From contig CBFFRP010000173.1 of NCBI GenBank assembly GCA_965644295.1, forward strand, positions 1 to 64,000: 64,000 bases of DNA, in the 5' to 3' direction. Of this stretch, positions 1 through 8,979 are shown in pieces (position 1 is the stretch's first letter; every line of letters begins with the position of its first letter). This DNA comes from Paraphysomonas bandaiensis. Taxonomy: Eukaryota > Protista > Chrysophyceae. Below the pieces are notes generated by a model that was given only the letters and a program-made list of their open reading frames with translations, made no database searches and was not told the DNA's origin. A program made the translations under genes and the position numbers.

Positions 1-3000
1 GGATTACTCGTGGGTCCGCGTTGCCGTGGCTGCACCAAGTTGATGTCCGATATGCCTTTGATGTGACCCTGAGAACTCCTGAGATAGGAGTCCCATCGGG
101 CGAACCATGCAGTGATGATTTCGTGGGTGGGGGTGGTTGCCGGGGGGCCGCGCCATCCATGCCGTTTGTATCCAGCAGAATTGAACATCTTTTGGATAAT
201 CCGCAAAACCATGAGCATTCCTTCCTGTATTACTCTCATTTCCGGGGAAAAGCCATTCTTGAACTTTGAGCGTGTGCGCTGACAACGTTCGTGTAGGCGT
301 GTGCTATGTGTACATGCAGGACGCTTCGCCTCAAGCGAAGCCTGGAGGGTTATGTGATGGATGGCCGCTAGTCTGTTGGCTGCCACCTCAGGAGGGAGTA
401 TGGCAGTCGATCCGTTGTCTAAATGTGGTAGTTGTGCATGAAGTTGGAGGAGTCTTGCGGTGTATGCCTGTACTTCCTTGGAGTCCTTCGGGTTTACATT
501 GAGACGGGGGGGGATTCGGAGGTGCGACTCAGGTGGTCGAGGGTCAAGATTGACTGGTACGGTGAAACCGACCCAGACCGGTCGATGATCGAAGGCTGCT
601 GCGAGTAATGAGGGGGAGTCAAGGCAGCCAGTGTCCGTAACAGACATGTTCGGAGGTAACGGCGTGTGTAGAATATGATCGATCCGCGATATTCCTTTGT
701 CTAATCTGTGGAAGGTATGATATGTTTTCCTGGGTAGGAGAAGCTCATGGAGTGGTGCAGCCAGTTGGAGTTTGTCGGCAAGTGGTCGTATGTCTCTGCC
801 TTTAGGATTTGTCTCCATGGAGCCATTGAAGTCGCCGGCGACAATGACAGTATGGTCCTTGGCTCTGGCCTTAGTGACCCATTTCGTAAGGATGTTGCAT
901 AGGAGCTTGTAGGGGTCAGCAGTACAGATACCACGGGACGCTCTCCTAGCTTGGTCAATTTGCTCCATAATGTGCAAGTGCCTGGCGTGGATGGCTTCGG
1001 GGGTAGATAGACGCTTATTAGTACTAGGGTGTGCGCCACCGACGTTTTGAACTCTAGTCGGCTCACTAAACCAAGTCCCGTAAAGTCAGCCTTTGTGAAG
1101 GCGAGACGGCGCTTCCAGTATTCGCTGATTATGACTACTGTACCCCCCATTAGTGGGTCTCTTGAAGTCAGTTTTGGCTGCTTGCTGAGGAAGAGGCATA
1201 TTCTTGTTCCTGGAGTGCATCTTCGATGATACGCGTGAAGAAGTTGGCCTGAGTTTCTGTTAGACGGACATCCTGTAATAGGAGCACGTCCAATTTTGCC
1301 GCTTAAAGTGTCGGATGATAGCTTGGGCTTTACCTGTGTGTGATGCCGGATTGCCATTTGTGTTCCATGTGGAGAGTCGGAGTCCCATGGCTGCTCCCGA
1401 GGGATCCTTGGGGATGCTGCTGGAGGGTCTCTGTAGGAGTTCCACTCTTGTCTGCAAGGAGTCTGTCCCATACTGCTATATTGGCACCGCCTATGTCGCT
1501 GTCGCACGCAGCCCTGGCTTGGATTAATATCTCAAGTGGCCAGCGTTGATCACACCAATAATGATGTCCGTAGTTGATGAGAAGTTCTTCATCCTTAGCA
1601 ATGGAACGCATTGAACTGGACATAGAGGCGTTTATTTTTCGTGACAAACTTGACATTAGCCATGTTTGTGGCTAGGGGGTCATTAATATACCCAGCTTCG
1701 CATGTTACACATTGTCGGACTTGGTCAAAGCCATCTATTGCGAAGGTACCAGTACTGTCTTGAACTATGTAATCAGAACGCCTTGTAGACTGACTCATCT
1801 TTGTTAGTGGATAGCGTTTGCCTTTGTACTCAGCAATGATGACGTCTGCTGGGAATGTGTTCTTCGCATAAAGGGATAGTCCTTTGGCAGTGTTATCGGC
1901 GTACGCAATGTAGAACTTTCTTGACCAGTCCCTGTCCCAGCCGGTGGTATCTAGTGCTGGAGTTGGTCTGATCGTTCGTGTGGTCGTGGTTGGGTGTGAG
2001 TTGTGAAGGTTCGTTGGTTGGTCACTTTCATCATAATTTACGACCTTTTTGGCTTTCCGGGTTGGCTGGCATCGACTTGTCAACGCAGTTTGAGCGTGTT
2101 TCAACTGCATCTTCTTGTGAGATGGTAGTGCTCCAGGGGTTGAAGCCTGCAGAATCTGTCGAGTTGTTCGTGCTAACTTGGTGCTGCTTGACGAGGTTGT
2201 TCTGGTGCTGGTCATCTTTGATGTCCTATTGTTGTTCGTGATTGAGTCCGCGGGGAGTGTAGGTGGAGCGATGGGGTCAGCCGTTGAGAGTATACTGGTG
2301 GCCAAGGTGTTTTCAAGAGATAGTAGGGCGTTGTCTAGGGCAGTAGAAAGACCGGCAGGGTCTAAGAGGAAGTAGTGAGCATCTTGTAGTATGACATGGT
2401 AGTAGTTATCACGAATAGCGTCCCTAAGTTCGTCCACCTTCCATGCGATGTTATAAGCTACTTTGTCAGTAGGGATGCCTACAATGCTGAGGTAATTACC
2501 ATTTAGCGCCCACGTCGTGCAGGGGTTGATAGTAGAGGCTAAAAGGTGGACCTCTCGCACTGAGAGCCAGTGAGTTATGTCGTCTTCCGTAGTGTATGTT
2601 GTTTTGGTAGGTATTAAAAGTGCGGCCTGTGCGTGATCTAACTTATGTCGTAGTGGCTGAAGTGTGTGATGGGCCATGCACTCCCGTTGCAGTATGTCGA
2701 ACGCTTGGGTGCCTAATGTATTTATGAAAGATGCTAGCGTGTGACGGTCCTTGCGTTGTTTGAGGTCTAATTTTAGACAGGAGCGAGTGTGTCGCCTGCT
2801 TGAAGCAAGAATGTGCAGATGATAGAGTGTGCTGTATGCACAGTACCCATCACTAGGGATATGTTGTTGTGTGCGAAGGGCTGAGGGTCTGAGGGTGAGG
2901 CGGTAGACTCTGCTCATGTCGCACATATGGAGCCTGAGTTGTCGACGGTCCGTGGGGTTCATCTGTCGTAGTTGACGTCGAGCTCTCGGTGACAAGGAGA

Positions 3001-5581
3001 CTGCAATTACTTCCCTCTGTTCCTGTTGCTCTCTGTGCTCATGTGGCATAGGTGGTACAGTTGACGGCTCAGAAGTCCAGAGGATATTGGTGCTCTGTCT
3101 GGAGGTCTGGTGTTGTAGAAAACAGGATAGCCGCTCCTGAGTCCGTGTTAGAGCGTGCATGATGCAGGTGGGGATATTTGTTGCATTGAGTATGTGAAAC
3201 CCATGCTGGCTGCGTATGATGTCATGGGTTACCACAGTGTTGGTAGAAGCGTGCACTGTTAGTGCCTGTCTGGAGAATGGTGACAGCTGTGCCCAACCAG
3301 GCGCCAGGTGCGGTTGAACAGCGTCCCATAGTCTGTATGGTATGGAGAGAAGATCGAGTAGCAGTTGGAAATCCTCCGTGTCTAGATGTAGTCCTGTGTG
3401 TGGAGTCGAGGATTCATATTGCATGAGTGTCTTACGGAGACTAACAGTGGCTGTTGAGGGAATACCCTTTGTCAGGCAAAGGGTCCGCACATGCCTAGAT
3501 ACAACATGAGTGGAGTCTGCCCAGGGTTTGTTGCCATTCGCGAGATGCTGGGCAACTAGTAGGGCGCTGTGCGTGGTATCCAATTTGTGCTCTGGTAGCG
3601 TGAATGATATCATGAGATCATAGTTGTCCGTCCTGGAAGCCTTGGCTATGAATCCTTCCCATATGTCTGTACAGGCAGGGGATAGCATGTGTGCATATAT
3701 TTCTTTTAAAAGGTTTCCCTGTGGGGAGGCAGCAATGGTTTGGGTTTCATCATATCTAACCCAGTTGTTCAGCAGATCGGAGTGAAAGGGCGTGTGACCC
3801 CAGCCCTCTGTGTAGTGTACAGGGGTGTGTGGCAATGTCCTTGGGCAGTGCATCCGGCCTGATGTCAGGAGTGGTAGTGGAGTGTGAGGATGGGCCGTCT
3901 GGGGCTAATGCTAGAGTTCCCATGGTGTTCAGTTGAGTAGGGTTGGTGGTAGGTGGCCTCCGTTTGACTGGGAAATAGTCAAATAGAGTTGCATACGGTG
4001 TGGTGGCATCCTTAGTGGGTAAGGGTAATGTGTGGGTGGATTTGCTGGGTCCGTCACCGCTGTTATCGGAAGAGAATTCCTTCCCCTGAAGGGCGTGGGA
4101 GGGATGGTTGATGGACCTGGCACGATGTACTCCTTGCATTCCCTTGGAATGATATTGCAACACATTTTGGAGACGCATGATGACGAGGTCAGGAATTCTC
4201 TCGAGTAGCGCGTGTAGTTCCAACTCCACCGGGTATTTGGTGTCCAGGAAGAAGTGGTCGTTGGAGCAAAACACATCATAAGATGGAAGGAATTGAGTTT
4301 GTGGAAGGAAGGAGGAATGGTGGGTAGACCAGTACGCCCAGTTGTGGCCAAGGTCCACTGGTGAATCTTGCCAGATACGAATTCGTATACTCAGGGTTTC
4401 TGCCAGGAGGGCTATGATGTCTGTGTAGCCCCATTGCTCTGGGGGTATTCCGACAGCAGTTGGTCGTTTGCGGCGTAGTGCTTTGTTGTACGTTGTTAGC
4501 TGCTGTCGGAGCTTCTTCCGGATGCATGCAAAGTTAAGCATCTTGGCTTCAGCGAGCGTGTAGGTACTAAGTACCGTCCTGCTTGTCTGAATGACTTGGA
4601 GCAGTTTTGCTTTCGAGGCTGGATCATCGGGATTTAAATACGGGTAGTGGTCCTCCTCCGGTTGTTTGTGGTATATTGCGGCAATAGCAGCTAGTCCGCA
4701 GAAGCCCTCCATTGGTGTGTTGTTGTATTCTGTGTGTGTGTAGTGACGTGCAACCAGCATTTTCCCCTCCTCAAGCGAACATCTGAGGTGCTGTTCTATG
4801 CGTTCTAAAGCGTGCCTCGATTGTAGCATGGACATGACACTGTGAACCACCTCTTCGTGTATGGCAATGGCTAACAGACCGCTGGGCGAGTAGAAGGACC
4901 AATTCTGCAGTCCGGGGTCCGTGAAGGCAGCTGGCAGAGGGTGCGGCACAAATAGTTGAGGCAGTACACTTGTGTCAGTGATTGTTCTCTCTTGTTCGTC
5001 CTCCACTGTGGGCGGAGGGAGGCAAATAGTATGTGTGGAGTCTTCTGGACGGGGGGTGCTGTAACAGCTGTGGGTGCTGTGTCAGGTATAGGAGTGGTCA
5101 CGATGTTGTGTGTGTCTACACACTGTTGTGCCAGGTGTTGTAAATGCTCTCGCCATGCTTGCTTGTTGTGGGCACGGATGCGGAGCTTGTTTCGTGTCTG
5201 TTGACGTTGTATGTGTGGAGGGAGGGACTGGATTGTTCCTTCACGAAATTGTTGCAGAGTTCGTTTGCGACTGAGCCGCCGGAGGTTGTTTCGCTTACGT
5301 TGTGTCGAGGCCGGCCGTTTTCGTGGTCCATCACCACTATTATCACAGGAAAAGTGCGGTCCTTGATGCCTTTTCGTGGGATGTACACTGGTGGATCTCG
5401 ACTGTTTGTCTGGCGGTTTACGTGGTGGACGCATGTGGGTGCTACAGGCGAAGGTCGTTGTGTCAGGTGAGGGCCCACTATGGATATGTAAGTGTGGACT
5501 GGGGGATAACCACGTGTGAGCAGCTGCGGACACTTCTATGAGTGTACGTTTGATGTTCGTTGTGTCCCAGTCCAGTAGGAG
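1..5581 (-). CDS. Retrotransposon ORF2 polyprotein (OTU-like x2, SET, APE; continues off-window), broken by single-base frameshifts
   Basis: ORF-track pieces 4871-5533, 3756-5006, 1595-3853, 1330-1656, 1260-1457, 701-1507 and an unlisted open frame from about 945 to 1 join into one protein via +/-1 shifts near 5010, 3825, 1620, 1455, 1295, 1210 and 945. Confidence 0.8.
560..1390 (-). other. APE (exonuclease-endonuclease-phosphatase) domain of ORF2
   Basis: Manual translation gives ordered motifs LRLSTWNTNG, LDVLLLQDVR, GGTVVII, LISVYLPP, VIVAGDFN (GDFN 825-836), TF..SRIDHIL (~670-715) and FDHRPV (DH 585-590). Confidence 0.92.
1555..1920 (-). other. SET domain within retrotransposon ORF2
   Basis: Motifs KGLSLYAKNTF..VIIAEYKG, DYIV..IDG, AGYINDP..NVKF, then after one frameshift RSIAKDEELLINYGHHYW, matching SET motifs GxG, RFxNH and ELxxDYG..YW. 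Confidence 0.88.
2365..2860 (-). other. OTU-like cysteine protease domain 2 within ORF2
   Basis: IPSDGYCAYSTL (Cys 2840-2842), HWLSVREVHLLA, YHVILQDAHYFL (His 2375-2377), in the OTU order DGxC...W....E...HY. Confidence 0.75.
4245..4720 (-). other. OTU-like cysteine protease domain 1 within ORF2
   Basis: TPMEGFCGLAAIA (Cys 4698-4700), QWGYTDIIALLAETLSIRIRIW, YDVFCSNDHFFL (His 4254-4256). Confidence 0.72.
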
Positions 5582-8122
5582 TCAGTTGGAGTCGGAGCCG
5601 AAGATGTCCGAGTCCACCCGAGAGTGTTCTTCTGAGGACCTTTCTGGGATACTGTGATCTACCTTGTTTTTATAGTAATCAAGTACCGTGAGAGTCGCCC
5701 CAGCATCGATCTCATAGAGAGCTGCAACCGCGTTTTCCATTTGCGCGAGGATGGCATGGATTTTTGACAGAGGTACAAGATCTGAAGCGATGTGTAGAGC
5801 TATTTCGCAGAGCTCTGGGCAGGTGGGAGCTGGTGCTGGCTCTGTTGATGGGGATGTGTCCATCTGTCGCTGTCGTTTGGGAGTGTACGATCGCGGTGTA
5901 TCGGTCTGCATTTGTGGAGCAACAGTTGGACCGAAGGGTTGAAGGGACGTTGGAGGCGGTATTATGGGAGGGGCGTTTGTTGCTGTGTCTGTGGCCTTAT
6001 GGAGGCCGTATAGAAACCGCTGAGTAGGGAGGCCAGGGGGGACTGCTATGGTGTGATAGAGGAGCCTTAGAGTTTCGTCACCCAGAGCTTTGCGCAGTAA
6101 AGGCACGATACCTGTGCGTGAGATTTCCCAACAGAGTTTGATCTTGGTATTCCTGTCGTCCAGGTAAATGTAGGTTTGTTCAACTAAGCGTTCTTTTTCT
6201 TTGCGCCCGCTTGTGAGTGGGTTGCGGGCGGTCCAAATGATGTCCTCTATGTCCGTGGATGGGATACCTATGGCCTCACAGGCTTGCCAGACTTGGATGG
6301 GAGATAGGAGTGTTTCAGAGCAGACAGCGATGCGGAAGAGTTCTTGAGACGGTGTCCAGTTGGACTGCTTTTGCGTGGGTGTTTCAGTGCTGACCATTCT
6401 ACAACAGAGTGAGCCGAGGTTGATTTCGACATGTCCTCCTATTTCATTATTGAAGAGTGCTTTATAGAATTTAGCTCTTAGATCCTGATCGTGAATGGGA
6501 TCGTGGAGTAATAGAATCTGATAGAACCTATATGTTTTATCAGTGGCTCGAGTCTTGCCTCTATAGTGTGTTAGAGTCCAGAATACTTCGTATAGAGGTA
6601 GCGTGGGGAAACCTCCCGTTCGGAGAAGCATATCCAGCGTGTTTCGTAACCTAAAGGCATGTGCAGGTCTGGTGTGCGCTGAGTCTGCATGTAGCCCATA
6701 TATAGCCGCCACTGGTATCAGCGAGGGCTCATCCTTGGTGCGACCCACGAAGAGTTCTCGTGGCGTTCGGAAAAGTGATATCTGGACATGTCGGCGTTCG
6801 GTCCGAAGGAGGCCTTTGTCATCGACTGATGTGCCCGTTTCTACATGGAGGTCAAAGCATAGAGGGGAGGAGTACATACATGAGTCAGCGGTAACATTCG
6901 CTCCCATGCCCTGTCGGACTTCGTACCCAGGTCTGCCTAGGTCGAACGCTCGGACTACCCTACTCGCTGTGGGAGCGGGTAAGTCTGAACACGTTCGTGC
7001 ATCCTTGGCTGCCCTGAAGGTAGCGATGTCTTGGGGGGTAGGGGGTTGAATGGGAAACCCCAACTCATGGATAAGGTAGTGTGTTATCCCCAGGAAGGTG
7101 GCATCATCAGCAGCTTTTATGTTTGTAAGGACGAGTGTTTTGTACTCTCCCACAGGTAGGTCATTTTCCCATCCCAGAAAGGTGCGTACCGATGGGAGCT
7201 GTAGCTGGGGAGTGTCAGCTTTGGCTTTCTTCTGTTCTCTGATAGCATTTTTGATCTGCGCATCAATGTTGGTTGGTTGATAGGAGGGGGGAAGAACAAA
7301 CTTTGGAGTGAAGGTTCTGGAAGTGTTGGAATTTGTTTCACGTTTCATTGAAATTGTGTCGAAGTTGCTTCTAGAGAGTGTTGGTGTATATCTGTATGTG
7401 AACCGAGTGTTGTTGCGCAAGAGACTTAAGCGTGAACTTTGGGGCCTTGCATAGGTGATATACTCATAACCAGCAAGATTGAGTGGGTGTGTGTTGGTAG
7501 GGTATTGATGGGGTCCGGGGCTACGTGGTGTACCGCATGCTAGCACCGTTTTTGTGTGGTATACATCCTGTAGGGCACTGTAGTACAGTAGCCGAATATA
7601 CCGTATGCGGAATACAGTGTCTGTCCAATAAGAGGAATGGGCTGAGGGAGTGATAGGTGAACAGAATGAGGGGGTAACCTGCTGGATGCATAGACCACAG
7701 AGAAACCATGTTGGGTTGTTTTGTGTGGACATCAGGAGGCAGCCCTGTAGCTCAGTTGTGAGGGTTCGAGAGTATTCTGTGACCATATGGAGAGCACCAG
7801 AGGATCTTTTGCGTGGACCTGCTCGCACGAGCCACGTTTTGAGTGGTTGTAACCGTAGAATTCGATAGGTGAGACTATGATGTCTACTGATGTGATGGCA
7901 TATGAATGCGGTAAGCGCTGCATTAGTGCAGGCACGTGGTTTAGCCGAAGCCGTTAGGTTGGGTGGAAGTCGCAAAGCCAGGCAGTGAGGCTTGGAACGT
8001 GTACAACGTGGTAAAACAAGAGATTTGTCGGAGACGAGGTGATCAGCAAAATGTGGCCGAAGAGAGGGAGAAGAGGCCCTAGGCACACTGACATGACTCA
8101 TCCATACCCTTAATAGGGACAT
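5582..8122 (-). CDS. Retrotransposon ORF1 (gag-equivalent), up to 846 aa; may start at the ATG at 7348 (MKRETNS)
   Basis: Long uninterrupted intronless ORF directly upstream of the APE-bearing ORF2. No zinc knuckle is recognisable, so the call is positional. Confidence 0.65.
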   Translation of the reverse strand: MSLLRVWMSHVSVPRASSPSLRPHFADHLVSDKSLVLPRCTRSKPHCLALRLPPNLTASAKPRACTNAALTAFICHHISRHHSLTYRILRLQPLKTWLVRAGPRKRSSGALHMVTEYSRTLTTELQGCLLMSTQNNPTWFLCGLCIQQVTPSFCSPITPSAHSSYWTDTVFRIRYIRLLYYSALQDVYHTKTVLACGTPRSPGPHQYPTNTHPLNLAGYEYITYARPQSSRLSLLRNNTRFTYRYTPTLSRSNFDTISMKRETNSNTSRTFTPKFVLPPSYQPTNIDAQIKNAIREQKKAKADTPQLQLPSVRTFLGWENDLPVGEYKTLVLTNIKAADDATFLGITHYLIHELGFPIQPPTPQDIATFRAAKDARTCSDLPAPTASRVVRAFDLGRPGYEVRQGMGANVTADSCMYSSPLCFDLHVETGTSVDDKGLLRTERRHVQISLFRTPRELFVGRTKDEPSLIPVAAIYGLHADSAHTRPAHAFRLRNTLDMLLRTGGFPTLPLYEVFWTLTHYRGKTRATDKTYRFYQILLLHDPIHDQDLRAKFYKALFNNEIGGHVEINLGSLCCRMVSTETPTQKQSNWTPSQELFRIAVCSETLLSPIQVWQACEAIGIPSTDIEDIIWTARNPLTSGRKEKERLVEQTYIYLDDRNTKIKLCWEISRTGIVPLLRKALGDETLRLLYHTIAVPPGLPTQRFLYGLHKATDTATNAPPIIPPPTSLQPFGPTVAPQMQTDTPRSYTPKRQRQMDTSPSTEPAPAPTCPELCEIALHIASDLVPLSKIHAILAQMENAVAALYEIDAGATLTVLDYYKNKVDHSIPERSSEEHSRVDSDIFGSDSN

Positions 8123-8220
8123 TGAGCTTAAAGCTGGTTAATAAGGTGAAACTTTGTGTTGAACGGTATTTGCCACCGTAGGGCAGAGAAAGATTGCTCG
8201 ATATTATTATAATATATGTC

Positions 8221-8616
8221 AGTGCTCAACTCTGAAGTCCTACTATTTAACGCTACGAAAGCTGCTTGTTCGTCACCGCAAGCACCAAGGTGCAACCACT
8301 TTCGCTCTATCACTCAAAGCAAACGCAGCGAGCAAGCAGACTGTTGATATACCTGACAGCAGACAACCCAATACCGGATGCCATTGACGTGGGCCCATTC
8401 CCGGATGCCTGTTTATTCATCAAGGCCTAAAGACGTCTACACAAGTGACACTAATTAATGTCCCTTGTACCATACAACACACAAGCATTTGGCTATAAAT
8501 AGGCAGAACGTTGTCTGCCGACTATATTTGCAGCTCACGTTAGTTTTCTGGAGAAATATATCCGGCACTTATTCCCATAACACCACGAAACGGTGCGATT
8601 CCGACTTTGTTGTGGG
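8221..8616. mobile_element. Dispersed non-coding repeat family A, copy 1
   Basis: Alignable by eye to 29917-30226 and 56302-56491. Shared blocks: caagcaccaaggtgcaa, ggatgcctgtttattc, acacaagcatttggctat, acaccacgaaa..ccgactttgttg.ggg. Confidence 0.85.
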
Positions 8617-8979
8617 TGATAGTACATGAGGTACTATGTGATTATGAAGAGAAATTTATGATAAATATATTTTCAAAGACACACAAGTATGAACAATATA
8701 TATCAATATACTGCGAAGCCAAATTTTGCTAAAATAATAAATATATTGTAGCAGGCATAAATAAATTGTTGCAACCCAATATATTTTTCCAGACCCTGTA
8801 TGTAATGTCACGTGTCACCGATCAGTATGAGATTGGCATCTAAAAAGCACTTGTTCACTGTGGATTCGCCTCGGTAAGTGCGAATGTTATGGTTCGACTC
8901 ACATTTAGAAATGTTTATTATCTACAAAATATTTCGTTTGACCAATTACATATCATCTACGCCACAACTACACTACATA

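Larger units (their letters stand above)
1..8130 (-). mobile_element. Large non-LTR (LINE-type) retrotransposon, 5' portion; 3' part (expected RT) lies beyond the window start
   Basis: Intronless, with a C/A-rich coding strand unlike host genes. Long ORF1 is followed by ORF2 containing a full set of APE endonuclease motifs. The frame stays open from about 945 to base 1. The 5' boundary is approximate. Confidence 0.85.

Noticed and set aside
1-8130. Endogenous giant-virus or Helitron origin for the OTU/SET region
   Set aside because: No capsid, polymerase B, Rep or helicase motifs. The ORF1 plus APE-bearing ORF2 layout fits a LINE better, although RT is not visible in the window.
8855-8905. 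Possible tRNA or tRNA-derived SINE (ggttcgactc B-box-like)
   Set aside because: No cloverleaf or properly spaced A box could be built.
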